Shown here piece after piece: positions 39,120-49,833 of a stretch of DNA of 64,000 bases. Made by a program: the position numbers and the translations under genes. The DNA comes from Spirochaetia bacterium (GTDB lineage Bacteria; Spirochaetota; Spirochaetia; CADAEX01), in contig CAXXHA010000032.1 of the NCBI GenBank assembly GCA_963662265.2, forward strand, positions 96,001 to 160,000, in the 5' to 3' direction. How positions within the stretch are numbered: the stretch's first letter is position 1; every line of letters begins with the position of its first letter. The notes below the pieces were generated by a model. The model was not told where the DNA came from, searched no databases, and saw nothing but the letters and a program-made list of their open reading frames with translations.

Positions 39120-39815
39120 ATGGACAATATTCAGGATTTATTCAAAGCAGCTGAAACCGGCGACCTCGACACAATAGAAAGAATCTTAACAGAAGATATT
39201 AAACTGCTGGAATCAGTGAACAGCGACAACCTGACCCCGCTTGCAGCAGCACTTTACAGCGGACAGCCTGATGCCCTGCAGTTTCTGATAAACAACGGCG
39301 CCAGGCTGAATGTTCCGGGCAGAGACGGGAAGACAACACTCCAGTGGGCAAGAGAACAGGATGAGAACTGTGAAACTGCCGCAGTTATTCTTCTTACCGA
39401 TTACATGGACAGAATATATAATACAGCTGTCTGGTGGAATAAAAGAGAGGAAAGAGTAGCTGAAGGCAAGGAAAAAGTGGGAAACATTGATCTTGATGCA
39501 AACTGCGATTCCTGCGGCTGTATCCTGGATTATTCAGGCAGCACATTGCTGACGCTCGATGAAGCGCTTTCCACGGATAAATACACTGAAAGAATTACAG
39601 ATCAGGCCCTTAAAATGCTGCCCCCCGAGAAAAAAATAGGGACAAGGGAAGAAATTACAGAAATGATAACAAAGCAGATCAGGGAAAAAAACATGTCTTC
39701 GACATACATGGTATGCGATTCATGCCGTGATAATTTATTTTCTGAAACAATTTTCGGGAAAAACAGAAAATTTATTCTCGAATCTATTGATAAACTGTTC
39801 AAAGACCAGCTATAG
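39120..39815 (+). CDS. Ankyrin-repeat protein with C-terminal CxxC...CxxC
   Basis: Ankyrin motifs LFKAAETGD, TPLAAALYSG and GKTTLQWA; two CDSC motifs. Confidence 0.75.
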   Translation: MDNIQDLFKAAETGDLDTIERILTEDIKLLESVNSDNLTPLAAALYSGQPDALQFLINNGARLNVPGRDGKTTLQWAREQDENCETAAVILLTDYMDRIYNTAVWWNKREERVAEGKEKVGNIDLDANCDSCGCILDYSGSTLLTLDEALSTDKYTERITDQALKMLPPEKKIGTREEITEMITKQIREKNMSSTYMVCDSCRDNLFSETIFGKNRKFILESIDKLFKDQL

Positions 39816-39830
39816 TAACCTCCAAAATTT

Positions 39831-40445
39831 ATGATGAATGAAAACCTTTATATACCGGTCGGGAACAGCAGGTCTGAAATTGTCGTAAAAAAATCCAGAT
39901 TTATCAGCCAGTGTTTTTATATCGAGTCTGATAAAGAGGCAAAGGCAATTGTAAGCAGCTTATGGAAGGAGCATAAGGATGCAAGGCATGTTGTTTACGG
40001 GTTTATTTACGGGGCAAAAAACAGCCAGACCATGGGAATGACTGATGACGGAGAACCAAAGGGGACAGCAGGACGCCCTGTTCTTCAGGTATTAAAGGGG
40101 AGCAGTATTACAAACATACTGTGTACTGTAGTCAGGTATTTCGGCGGAATAAAGCTGGGTACTGGCGGACTTGTAAAGGCATACACAGAAGCAGCTCAGC
40201 AGGCCTTGAAAGAACTTAAAGTAAAAGAACTGATTGATGAAACAGCATTTTCAGTCACTGCAGGATATGAATTTTACGATCAGATTAAAAGGGCTGCCGA
40301 AAGCTATTCGGCAGAAGTCATAACTGAAGAGTTTACTGATCATGTGTATATCGAATTCCGCGTACCGGAGAAATATTTTAAAGATATAGAGGCAGCATTA
40401 TCTGATATTTCAAACGGCAGAGCTGATATAAAGCCGCTTACCTGA
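39831..40445 (+). CDS. yigZ: YigZ/IMPACT family protein
   Basis: Motifs KKSRFI, DDGEPKGTAG and VVRYFGGIKLGTGGLVKAY. Confidence 0.93.
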   Translation: MMNENLYIPVGNSRSEIVVKKSRFISQCFYIESDKEAKAIVSSLWKEHKDARHVVYGFIYGAKNSQTMGMTDDGEPKGTAGRPVLQVLKGSSITNILCTVVRYFGGIKLGTGGLVKAYTEAAQQALKELKVKELIDETAFSVTAGYEFYDQIKRAAESYSAEVITEEFTDHVYIEFRVPEKYFKDIEAALSDISNGRADIKPLT

Positions 40446-40734
40446 ACAAATCACCTCATCATAAACAGAGACCTCTTTGGACTGATTATTTCCTGACCAG
40501 GCAGTCAGCAGAAACATCAGAACAGGGAAGATTTGCCTGGCAGAGTCACCTGGCAGCAGGTCAGTTTTTATTGTAGGGAACTCAGAATCTTTACTTAACC
40601 ATATCTCACGGCAAAAGGTATGCAGACTGACTATTAGTGACTCCGGATTTCAGGCGCTTGAAAAGCAATCTTTCACTGACAGGAAGGTACTCTGAAACGG
40701 CAGACTATTAGTATAAATCAGGAGGAGAGAAAGT

Positions 40735-42165
40735 ATGCCATTACATTTTAACAAGACAAAAATCATATGCACGATCGGGCCGGCTACATGCGAAGTTGAG
40801 ACAATCATCAAGCTTGTGGAAAACGGAATGAACGTGGCCAGAATGAACATGTCTCACGAATCACATGAAGTAAAGCTCAATCATCTTAAAAACATCAGAA
40901 AAGCGGAAAAAATAATCGGATACCCGATACCGATAATGGTTGACCTTTGCGGTCCCAAGCTGAGACTCGGCGAGATAGAGGAGCCTTTTGAAATAAATGC
41001 TGGGGAGGAAATAATCCTTACTTCGGAAGATATAAAAGGAACAAAGGAAAAAGTTTCAACAACCTATACAAACCTTCCGCAGGATGTAAACCCGGGCGAT
41101 CCAATCCTTATAAATGACGGACTTCTCAAGTTTGAAGTAATTGAATCTGACGGAAAAGATGTAAGATGCAGGGTTATTGACGGAGGGCTCATGCAGTCAA
41201 AAAAAGGGATAAACCTTCCTGGTACAAAAATGACAATACCGCTTATAACAGAGAAAGACAAAGCTGATATTGAATTCGGAATAAAATACGGGGCTGATTT
41301 CTTTGCAATGTCATTTGTAAGAAACAGCGATGATATAAGGGAACTGAAATCAATAATCCTGAGAAAAACAGCAGATATTCCTGTCATAGCAAAGGTTGAA
41401 AGGCCTGATGCTGTTGCAGATATTGATGCTATCTGTGATGAAAGCGATGCTGTTATGATTGCAAGAGGAGATCTCGGGGTTGAAGTACTTCCGGAAGAAG
41501 TTCCGCTGCTTCAGAAAAAGATTATTTCAAGATGTATTGAAAAGAATACACCTGTAATCACAGCGACACAGATGCTTGAATCAATGATAACTTCTCCCCG
41601 CCCTACCCGGGCCGAGGCAAGCGATGTTGCAAACGCTGTTCTCGACGGAACAGATGCTGTAATGCTGAGCGCCGAAACATCTGTCGGTAAATATCCTCTT
41701 GAAACAGTATCAATCATGAAAAGAATATGCCTGAAAGCTGAAGAAAGAGGAATTTATTCAAACAGGATAAGACTCAAAAGAAAAGATGAAGACAGCTCAA
41801 GGGATTTTCTTGTAAAAAACATGACAAGGGCAGTCTGCTCATTCGCAGCCGATATTGATGCGGCAGCAATTATTGTAATAACAAGAACAGGAAAAACTGC
41901 AAGGAGACTATCGAGATTTAGAATCAACACACCAATACTGGCATTTGTCGAGGATGAAAAAGTAATAAAACAGATAACTCCTGTGTGGGGTGTAAAAAGC
42001 GAGCTTATAGACAACATGTCAGATACAGACTCAACACTTAAACGAGCAAAGGAGCTGGCTGTAAGTCTCGGGTATATAAAACCGGGAGAGTGCGTAATAT
42101 TTGTGGCAGGCATTCCGCTTCTGGAATCACAGAAAGTGAACATGATGAAGGTTGATATAGTTTAA
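40735..42165 (+). CDS. pyk: Pyruvate kinase, copy 1
   Basis: Motifs KTKIICTIGP, RMNMSH, DLCGPKLR, MIARGDLGVE, ATQMLESM and PTRAEASDV. Confidence 0.96.
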   Translation: MPLHFNKTKIICTIGPATCEVETIIKLVENGMNVARMNMSHESHEVKLNHLKNIRKAEKIIGYPIPIMVDLCGPKLRLGEIEEPFEINAGEEIILTSEDIKGTKEKVSTTYTNLPQDVNPGDPILINDGLLKFEVIESDGKDVRCRVIDGGLMQSKKGINLPGTKMTIPLITEKDKADIEFGIKYGADFFAMSFVRNSDDIRELKSIILRKTADIPVIAKVERPDAVADIDAICDESDAVMIARGDLGVEVLPEEVPLLQKKIISRCIEKNTPVITATQMLESMITSPRPTRAEASDVANAVLDGTDAVMLSAETSVGKYPLETVSIMKRICLKAEERGIYSNRIRLKRKDEDSSRDFLVKNMTRAVCSFAADIDAAAIIVITRTGKTARRLSRFRINTPILAFVEDEKVIKQITPVWGVKSELIDNMSDTDSTLKRAKELAVSLGYIKPGECVIFVAGIPLLESQKVNMMKVDIV

Positions 42166-42191
42166 TCCATTAACACAAACAGATGTTAAGA

Positions 42192-42219
42192 CCTGCCATG
42201 CAGTTATCTGCATGGCAGG
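42192..42219 (+). terminator. Hairpin after pyk copy 1
   Basis: CCTGCCATGCAG-TTAT-CTGCATGGCAGG. Confidence 0.7.
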
Positions 42220-42487
42220 ATCTTTAAATAAGACATTTAAAAATTCAATTTCAGGCTTTAGTTCACCTGGACATCTATAGTTATCGAAGCATAATTAGGA
42301 ATATTTCAAGTTGTCTTTCACATCGAGAAAACAAGTATATGTATTGTAATTCGTTAAGATATTAATTCTCATAAAATATTTTCAAGCATATTTACGTTAG
42401 TGGCCATATATTCATTGACATAAATTATAACAAATATATAATTAAAAAGTCGGTAATTAAAAAAATAATTTTAAGGATGTTTATTTA

Positions 42488-43150
42488 ATGAAAAAAATAC
42501 TATTTATAACTATAGTAATGATGATATCAGCAGGAAATATTTTTGCTGATGTAACTCTTGGTGCATATGCAGGAATTAATACCGGTTGGTATAACGGTAG
42601 CGATTGGGATGATTACATTGATTACCTTGAAAATAAATACGGAGAAGCATCTAACAAAGCCAGACTAGGATTTTCTGTTGCTGGATTTGCTGATTTCGAA
42701 ATCACAGATAATTTCTCTATACAGCCAGAAATTAAAATCACAACTTATAAAGGTGGATTTGAAATTGAAGACAATGTAGGAGATACTGTTGAATTAACAG
42801 AAACAAATACAGCTTTAGTAATCCCAGTACTTGCAAAAGTTAAGTTTAATGCTGGCAGGGGTAAATTTTGTTTATTTGGTGGACCAGATCTTATAATGAT
42901 TCTTGGGGATGTAAAACAAAAAACAAAAATTGAAATAAGCGGTAGTTCATCTACTGATAAAGATACTTATGAACCTGATACTTCAGTCGGTCTAGGATTA
43001 GAAATAGGTGCTGGATATGAATCTCCTATGGGTAATGGAAAATTCATAACAGATCTACGATATTCAAAATTACTCTTTGATACTGTTGATAATTTCAAAG
43101 CAAAAATGGATACAATTGGTATTAATTTAGGTTACGGATTCAATTTATAA
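42488..43150 (+). CDS. Outer-membrane beta-barrel (porin/PorT-like) protein
   Basis: Signal peptide, FSIQPEI, IPVLAK, DLRY and C-terminal strand INLGYGFNL. The DNA is visibly more AT-rich than its flanks. Confidence 0.8.
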   Translation: MKKILFITIVMMISAGNIFADVTLGAYAGINTGWYNGSDWDDYIDYLENKYGEASNKARLGFSVAGFADFEITDNFSIQPEIKITTYKGGFEIEDNVGDTVELTETNTALVIPVLAKVKFNAGRGKFCLFGGPDLIMILGDVKQKTKIEISGSSSTDKDTYEPDTSVGLGLEIGAGYESPMGNGKFITDLRYSKLLFDTVDNFKAKMDTIGINLGYGFNL

Positions 43151-43493
43151 GTAAAAATATAATTACCGACAATTTTATTTTTACTTATTTTCTTATCAAT
43201 TTCATATTAATTAGGTTGTCATATCATAGAATGTTACATTACGTTTTAAGGAATGCAATGCCCTTTGGGTGTAAGTAATCTTCACTAATTCGCCCAAGCA
43301 TATTAGTAAATTATTCTCCAGCGCAATTGCATAATATTTTGTCTTCAACAACTTCACAATAAATATTTCAAAAAATCCAGTAATAATACTGTTTCATAAC
43401 TTTTTCAAAATGTTTTATTTTAAAATTTGATTCAGAACACAGGTCAGGTTAAAATAAAAACATCTTCAATAAAAGTTAAGTCAGGAGTTTTTT

Positions 43494-44924
43494 ATGTCAA
43501 TCAATTTCAATAAGACAAAAATATTATGTACTATCGGCCCTGCAACAGACAGTGTTGATAAAATAGTAGAACTTGCAAAAAACGGCATGAATATTGCCAG
43601 AATCAACATGTCTCATGGATCAGATGAAACCAAACTGAATTCCATAAAAAACATAAGGGAAGCGGAAAAAATCATCGGATACCCTATTCCTGTTGTTGCA
43701 GACCTGTGCGGTCCAAAACTGCGGCTTGGCGATATTGAAGAACCTTTTGAAGTAAAGGAAGGTGATGAAGTTATCCTGACTTCTGATGATGTAAAAGGGA
43801 CAAGAGAAAAAGTATCGACAAGCTATAAAAATCTCCCCCATGATATAATACCCGGAAATCCGGTACTCATAAATGACGGTCTTATAAAACTCGAAGTTAC
43901 AGGAATAAGCGGTAATGATGTCAGGTGCAGAGTTGTAAACGGCGGACTCATGCAGTCGAGGAAGGGAATAAATCTTCCCGGAACAAATCTGTCAATTCCG
44001 CTGATTACGGAAAAAGACAGAAAAGATATTGAGTTCGGAATAAACAACGGGGCAGACTTCTTTGCAATGTCTTTCGTAAGCTCAAGTGAAGATATAAAAG
44101 AACTTAAAGCAATTATCCTCAGGAAATCCGCATCTGTCCCTGTTATTGCAAAAATAGAAAGACCTGAAGCTGTTGATGATATTGAGGCAATATGCGATGC
44201 AAGCGATGCTGTCATGATTGCAAGAGGAGATCTTGGTGTGGAAGTTGATCCTGAAGAAGTCCCCCTGATACAGAAGGCAATTATCTCCACCTGCATCAGG
44301 AAAAACACCCCGGTAATAACTGCTACCCAGATGCTTGAATCAATGATAACTTCTCCCCGCCCCACCCGTGCCGAAGCAAGCGATGTTGCAAATGCTGTCC
44401 TTGACGGAACAGATGCTGTAATGCTGAGTGCGGAAACCTCTGTAGGAAAGTACCCGGTAGAAGCTGTATCGATTATGAAGAGGATATGCATGAAGGCCGA
44501 GGCCCGTGAAAGCGATCTTCACAGGATAAGACTGAGAAAAGGGATGAATGAACAGACCGAGGACATGTTTGTAAATACAATGACAAGAGCAGTCTGTACT
44601 GTTGCTGTAGATATAAATGCATCTGCTATAATTGTTATCACGAAGACAGGTAAAACAGCACGGAGTCTTTCAAAATACAGGATACAGACGCCGATCCTTG
44701 CATTTGTAGATCATGAGGAGACAATCAAGCTTATAACACCTGTCTGGGGTGTAAAAGGGGAACTGATAGACAACATGTCTGATACCGATTCAACTCTTGA
44801 AAGGGCAAAAGAACTGGCTCTTCAGCTGAATTACATTAAAAAAGGGGACAATATAGTATTTGTTACAGGAATACCTCTTCTTGAATCAAAACGGGTCAAT
44901 ATGATGAAGGTTGACACAGTGTAG
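43494..44924 (+). CDS. pyk: Pyruvate kinase, copy 2
   Basis: Same motifs and same length (476 aa) as copy 1, and colinear with it. Confidence 0.96.
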   Translation: MSINFNKTKILCTIGPATDSVDKIVELAKNGMNIARINMSHGSDETKLNSIKNIREAEKIIGYPIPVVADLCGPKLRLGDIEEPFEVKEGDEVILTSDDVKGTREKVSTSYKNLPHDIIPGNPVLINDGLIKLEVTGISGNDVRCRVVNGGLMQSRKGINLPGTNLSIPLITEKDRKDIEFGINNGADFFAMSFVSSSEDIKELKAIILRKSASVPVIAKIERPEAVDDIEAICDASDAVMIARGDLGVEVDPEEVPLIQKAIISTCIRKNTPVITATQMLESMITSPRPTRAEASDVANAVLDGTDAVMLSAETSVGKYPVEAVSIMKRICMKAEARESDLHRIRLRKGMNEQTEDMFVNTMTRAVCTVAVDINASAIIVITKTGKTARSLSKYRIQTPILAFVDHEETIKLITPVWGVKGELIDNMSDTDSTLERAKELALQLNYIKKGDNIVFVTGIPLLESKRVNMMKVDTV

Positions 44925-45146
44925 TAGGCACCACCCTCTTATGGAGATATTTTATACTCTGATTTAATATTTTACCCATTATCCCTCTGATAAGTTTCTC
45001 ATTATCTCCACCACAAGGGAATCCCGGAAACCATGTTTTATATTTTGCATAATTTTATTCTGATTCAGACTAGACACTTTTATGATAATAATTTCCCGCA
45101 TAATAAAAACAGAGTTTTTATTATTGACTCCCCACCTTCGGGGACA

Positions 45147-45230
45147 GGTGCCTTGTGAGCGAAAGTCTGAGGCAATTTTCATAGCTTACCGGGGAAAAAC
45201 CTGGAAAAAGTGAGTTTTTGAGGTGTCATT
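45147..45230 (-). mobile_element. Dispersed MITE/IS-end-like repeat, copy A
   Basis: Reverse complement CACCTCAAAAACTCACTTTTT...CCCGGTAAGC...TGCCTCAGACTTTCGCTCACAAGG aligns with 52622-52702. Confidence 0.6.
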
Positions 45231-45306
45231 AATAACTCAGCGCAAAAATTTTCTGTTTTACAAGCTATAACAACACATTTTTTCACTTTTTTTGATTTTT
45301 CAGATG

Positions 45307-45359
45307 TTGACAAATAATCTGAAATGAATAGACTATTAATTGTTCAAACGTTCGTTTGA
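45307..45359 (+). promoter_or_regulatory. Promoter with a downstream TetR-type operator
   Basis: TTGACA at 45307, 16 bp, TAGACT at 45329; palindrome TCAAACG-TT-CGTTTGA at 45344-45359. Confidence 0.7.
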
Positions 45360-45393
45360 TTATTATATCCTTATGCACCGGGAGGATGCTACA

Positions 45394-46746
45394 GTGAATA
45401 AGAAGTATTTATTCCTGCCTGTTATATTCCTGCTTATACTGACAGGCGAAGCTTTAGGCGAAGGTCTTTTTGATTCAGCAGTTTCTGATAATAAATCATC
45501 GGGTGAATATACAGAAGCAAACAGCAGTGCAGCATTAGATAAACAGCAAAAAGAAATGAATGAAAATCCTGCCTCTGGATCATCTGCCAGCTTTTCAGGG
45601 TCTGTAAAAGCTCTCCTGAACTCCGGGATCAACAGGAACGAGGATAATTCCAGCACAGAAAACTCTTTTACAGAATTCAGAGGCAAAGTTACAGCCTCCC
45701 CTTCCGGGAATATAAAGGCGTTTTCCGAGATTGTTGCCAAAGGAAACCCATACTCAGAGACAGGAGAAACTGAAATTGAACTTAGAGAAGCATATATTGA
45801 TATCTACAGCAGCCTGATCGATATATCGGTGGGGGAAAAAATAATTGCCTGGGGCAGGGCTGATGCAGTAAACCCTACCAATAAAATTACCCCTTTACGG
45901 AACAGTTCAGTATCATCGGTTGAAGATGACAGAAGAATGGGGAATCTGCTCGCAGAAGCGAGACTTAACCTTTATCCATTCACATTTACAGCAATATGGC
46001 TCCCCCTTTACAAAGAGTCGGGACTCCCCTCTTTTATAGAATCAAGCCTCAGCAAACCTGACCCTGTCATTGAAAATTCATCGTTTGCTGTTAAAACAGA
46101 TTTTGAAAGCAGTGATTTCGAATTCTCACTTTCCTATTTCAACGGCTACAACCCGTCACCCGGTATATCAGGAATAACATCCAGTACAATGGCTCTGAAG
46201 CCATACAGGATCCATAATATCGGGTTTGATTTTTCGACTGCGGTATCTGATTACGGGATCAGGGGGGAAACAGCAGTTCTTATTCCTTTTAAAGATCATG
46301 AAGAAATATATGTTCCATCGCCTGAAATTTCATATATTGCGGGAATAGACAGGTCTATAGGAGACTTTACGCTGATTCTCCAGTATTCGGGAAAGTTCAT
46401 TACCGACTTTATTGAAAAAAAGAGCCTTACAGGTCTCACTGTGCCTGAATCGGAAATAGAAAACATGAACAGGATAATCAGCTCCCAGACAGAAGAGATA
46501 ATTCACTCGGCTGTATTCAGAATATCTCTTGATCTCTTTTATGAAACACTTTCACTGGAAACAGCCGGAAGCTGGAATTTCACTACAGAGGAACTTTTTC
46601 TGAAACCTCTTGTCGTATGGGATGCGGCAGATTCCCTTACAGTATCAGGTGGCGCTTTTTTCTATGCAGGAAAGGATAACACACTCTTCGGCATGATGGA
46701 GGAAAAAAGCAGCTCAGTATTCGCGGAGGTCAAACTATGTTTCTGA
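45394..46746 (+). CDS. Putative outer-membrane beta-barrel protein (DUF1302-like)
   Basis: Signal peptide, ELREAYID, IAWGRADAVNP and C-terminal VFAEVKLCF. Likely GTG start at 45394 after GGAGG. Confidence 0.75.
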   Translation: MNKKYLFLPVIFLLILTGEALGEGLFDSAVSDNKSSGEYTEANSSAALDKQQKEMNENPASGSSASFSGSVKALLNSGINRNEDNSSTENSFTEFRGKVTASPSGNIKAFSEIVAKGNPYSETGETEIELREAYIDIYSSLIDISVGEKIIAWGRADAVNPTNKITPLRNSSVSSVEDDRRMGNLLAEARLNLYPFTFTAIWLPLYKESGLPSFIESSLSKPDPVIENSSFAVKTDFESSDFEFSLSYFNGYNPSPGISGITSSTMALKPYRIHNIGFDFSTAVSDYGIRGETAVLIPFKDHEEIYVPSPEISYIAGIDRSIGDFTLILQYSGKFITDFIEKKSLTGLTVPESEIENMNRIISSQTEEIIHSAVFRISLDLFYETLSLETAGSWNFTTEELFLKPLVVWDAADSLTVSGGAFFYAGKDNTLFGMMEEKSSSVFAEVKLCF

Positions 46747-46879
46747 TAATAATGCTTGATAAGATCCTCTCAGCTTCGGAAAAAGCTGAAAACAGAATTA
46801 CTACAGAAGATAAATCAACAAATACACCAGAAAAAAAGCTGAGCTGCAGTATTCAGAACACAGCTTTTGGAGAAAGGTC

Positions 46880-47521
46880 ATGACGGAAAATACTTCGAAA
46901 AATATTAAAGAGGGAAAAAAAGAGGCAATTCTTGAAGCGGGAAAAAAGCTTTTTTCAGAAAAAGGATTTTCCGCTGTAGGAGTAAGGGATATTGCAAAGG
47001 AGGCTGAGGTAAACATCTCCATGATATCCTATTACTTTGGCGGAAAAAGCGGAGTCCTTAAGGAAATACTTTCATCATTCTTTGATGATTATTCAAGCGT
47101 CATACAGGGCACTGTGGAAATAACAACAGATCCGCCTCTGTTTGTATCAAACCTTATAGACCGGATTATTCCCTTTTTCAGGGACCATAGCAGGGAAGTG
47201 CTTATTTTTGCTGCTGAAATGCCTGTTGATTCATCAGATATAACTGACTTTAAAGCGGAAAAAGTAAGAAACCTCTTAAGCATATTCAGGGCTGTTTTCA
47301 GGAGGGCGGGACTCCCGGCAGAACTGGAGGAGAAATTTCTGAGTATAATCGGTCCTGCCTTCTTCAGCATGGTATTCTCCCACTTCCTTTTCAGGCCTGT
47401 TGCATCAAAAAGTTTCAATATTATATTTGACGATGATTTTTACACTCTTTACAACAGGATCATAAAAATGATTATGACAGGGGCTGTAAAAGAACTTCAG
47501 GAAAACTTCAAAGAGGAGTAA
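46880..47521 (+). CDS. TetR/AcrR family regulator
   Basis: HTH ILEAGKKLFSEKGF...IAKEAEVNISMISYYFGGK. Confidence 0.92.
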   Translation: MTENTSKNIKEGKKEAILEAGKKLFSEKGFSAVGVRDIAKEAEVNISMISYYFGGKSGVLKEILSSFFDDYSSVIQGTVEITTDPPLFVSNLIDRIIPFFRDHSREVLIFAAEMPVDSSDITDFKAEKVRNLLSIFRAVFRRAGLPAELEEKFLSIIGPAFFSMVFSHFLFRPVASKSFNIIFDDDFYTLYNRIIKMIMTGAVKELQENFKEE

Positions 47522-47526
47522 TTGTT

Positions 47527-49833
47527 ATGAAAATTATAAAAGACAGGAGATTAAGCATGAAAAAAATATCAGATGCAATAATCAGATACAGATACCTTAT
47601 AATTGCTCTATACGCCGCAGTCACAGTACTGTCACTCATGCAGCTGAAGAATATTGAAGTGGATCCGGAAGTGAAAAACATGCTTCCCAAACATATTCAG
47701 AGCAGAGTAGACACAGACAGAATTGAAGATATTTTCGGGGGAACAGACCTCCTGATGGCTGTCTTTGAATCAGATAATATTCTTGAAGCAGAAACCCTGA
47801 AAAGGATAAAAAACATATCCCGCGAAATTAGCCGTCTTAACGAAGTTGATAAAGTGATGTCGCTTTTCGAACTCAAGGATATATCTGGAGAAGAGGGATA
47901 TATGCTTGTTGAACCTGCAGTTGACAGAATACCTTCCTCTCCCGAAAAAGAAGCCCGGCTTAAGGAAAGGCTTAAGAATAATGATCTCGTATATAAAATA
48001 GTTATATCTGAAGATTTCAGAGTTACAGCAGTTATCGCAACAATAACAGAAAATGTTTCTGACATTGAAATTGTCAGTAAATTAAAAGGAATTGTTGACA
48101 AGTTTCCGGGAAATGAAAAAGTTTATTACGGCGGCATGCCTGTTACAAGAATCGATGTAAGCAGGGATATAAAAACAGATATACGAAACTTCCTCCCCGG
48201 GGGAATCCTGATTATGCTTGTATTTCTCTATTTCTCCTTCAGGCAGCTCAGGGGCGTAATTCTTCCATTTCTGGTAGTTGTTATGTCTATTATTCTTTCC
48301 ATGGGGCTTATACCGGTATTCGGATGGAAAATGTCAATGCCTATAATACTGCTTCCTGTAATAATGATTGCAATTGCAAATGATTACGGTATTCATATGA
48401 TTGCAAAATACCAGGAGGACAACACAGAGGAAAACAGCCTTACAAACAGGCAACTTGCTTCAAAAATGTTTCAGAGTCTCGGCAAACCTGTTATTGCAAC
48501 AGGTCTCACAACAATTGCAGGGATGCTCTGTATGCTTTCCCATATCATAATGCCGGCAAAGCAGCTTGCTGTTTTAGCAGCAATAGGTATTGCATATGCA
48601 CTGTCTGCAAGCCTTCTTTTTATTCCGGCAGTAACATCTATTATGAGAAACGCACAACCTGTAAAAAGCGGGAAAAAGGTTCATATACTGGAAAGGCTGT
48701 TAAACCTGTTTGCAGATTCAGTTATAAGACATCCAGGCAAAATAATAATAGTTTTTATTTCTGTAACTGTAATCCTGGCAGGAGGCATTTTCCTTGTAAA
48801 AATTGATGCAAACCCCGAGAAGTATTATCCGGAGAACCACCCGGTTGTTGTCAGCTCAAATATAATAAATAACAATCTCGGAGGAAGCCAGAATATATCT
48901 GTTATGTTCTCAGGAGATATAAAAGACCCTGATATGATGAAAAAAATTGACAGCTATGAGAATAAATTTGAAGAACTTGATTATGTGGGAAACACCTCAT
49001 CCATTGCAACAGCAGTTCATGAAATGTCGAAAGCAATCAATATGCCGGGAGAGCAGTACTATGATGTAATTCCTGATTCCAGAAATGCAATTGCCCAGTA
49101 TTTTGAACTTTACAACATGAGCGGAGATCCCGAGGATTTTGACAAGCTTGTTGATTTCCCTTATGAAAACTCACACCTGATGGTAAGAATAAACAATGCT
49201 GATACCCCGGCAATAAAAGGAGTTGCAGATAAAATAAGGCAAATGACAGAGAATGATCCTGAGGTTACAGCAATAGGCGGATGGGGTATGATTTTCACAG
49301 ACCTGGCAGATCATATTGTAAAAGGACAGTTTATGTCACTGTTCTTCTCAACAGTGGTTGTAGCTGTAATGCTTATGATTCTGTTCAAATCTTCCAGGGG
49401 AGGCCTTTTTTCAATAATCCCTCTTGTAATGTCTATTATAATACTTTTCAGCCTCATGGGGCTTCTTAAAATCGAGCTGAATATTGCCACAGCGCTTCTC
49501 TCGTCAATTATGATCGGTGTGGGGATAGATTACACCATTCATTTCATATGGCGCTACAAAGAAGAGCTTGAAGCAGGGAAAAGCAGGGAGGAAGGAATCA
49601 GGACAACACTTACAACAACTGGAAGAGGAATCATATTCAATGCTTTATCAGTTATTGTAGGATTTATCGTGCTTATATTTTCATCATTCATGCCGGTAAG
49701 ATTTTTCGGATTCCTCGTTGTTATCTCAATTTTCTCATGCCTTGCAGGGGCTCTTCTTTTCATTCCTGCTTTATGCCTCAAATACAAACCTTCATTTCTG
49801 GAAAAATATACAAAGGGAGAAAAATATGTTTAA
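47527..49833 (+). CDS. MMPL/RND-superfamily transporter
   Basis: Two repeats with TM4/TM10 motifs AIANDYGIH and GVGIDYTIH, and GLTTIAG. Alternative start at 47557. Confidence 0.9.
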   Translation: MKIIKDRRLSMKKISDAIIRYRYLIIALYAAVTVLSLMQLKNIEVDPEVKNMLPKHIQSRVDTDRIEDIFGGTDLLMAVFESDNILEAETLKRIKNISREISRLNEVDKVMSLFELKDISGEEGYMLVEPAVDRIPSSPEKEARLKERLKNNDLVYKIVISEDFRVTAVIATITENVSDIEIVSKLKGIVDKFPGNEKVYYGGMPVTRIDVSRDIKTDIRNFLPGGILIMLVFLYFSFRQLRGVILPFLVVVMSIILSMGLIPVFGWKMSMPIILLPVIMIAIANDYGIHMIAKYQEDNTEENSLTNRQLASKMFQSLGKPVIATGLTTIAGMLCMLSHIIMPAKQLAVLAAIGIAYALSASLLFIPAVTSIMRNAQPVKSGKKVHILERLLNLFADSVIRHPGKIIIVFISVTVILAGGIFLVKIDANPEKYYPENHPVVVSSNIINNNLGGSQNISVMFSGDIKDPDMMKKIDSYENKFEELDYVGNTSSIATAVHEMSKAINMPGEQYYDVIPDSRNAIAQYFELYNMSGDPEDFDKLVDFPYENSHLMVRINNADTPAIKGVADKIRQMTENDPEVTAIGGWGMIFTDLADHIVKGQFMSLFFSTVVVAVMLMILFKSSRGGLFSIIPLVMSIIILFSLMGLLKIELNIATALLSSIMIGVGIDYTIHFIWRYKEELEAGKSREEGIRTTLTTTGRGIIFNALSVIVGFIVLIFSSFMPVRFFGFLVVISIFSCLAGALLFIPALCLKYKPSFLEKYTKGEKYV

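Noticed and set aside
43823-44491. 222-aa antisense ORF, and the many other short ORFs overlapping called genes
   Set aside because: These are shadow frames of well-supported genes and have no motifs.
40735-44924. pyk duplication as an assembly artefact
   Set aside because: The copies differ throughout at synonymous and non-synonymous sites and have different flanks.
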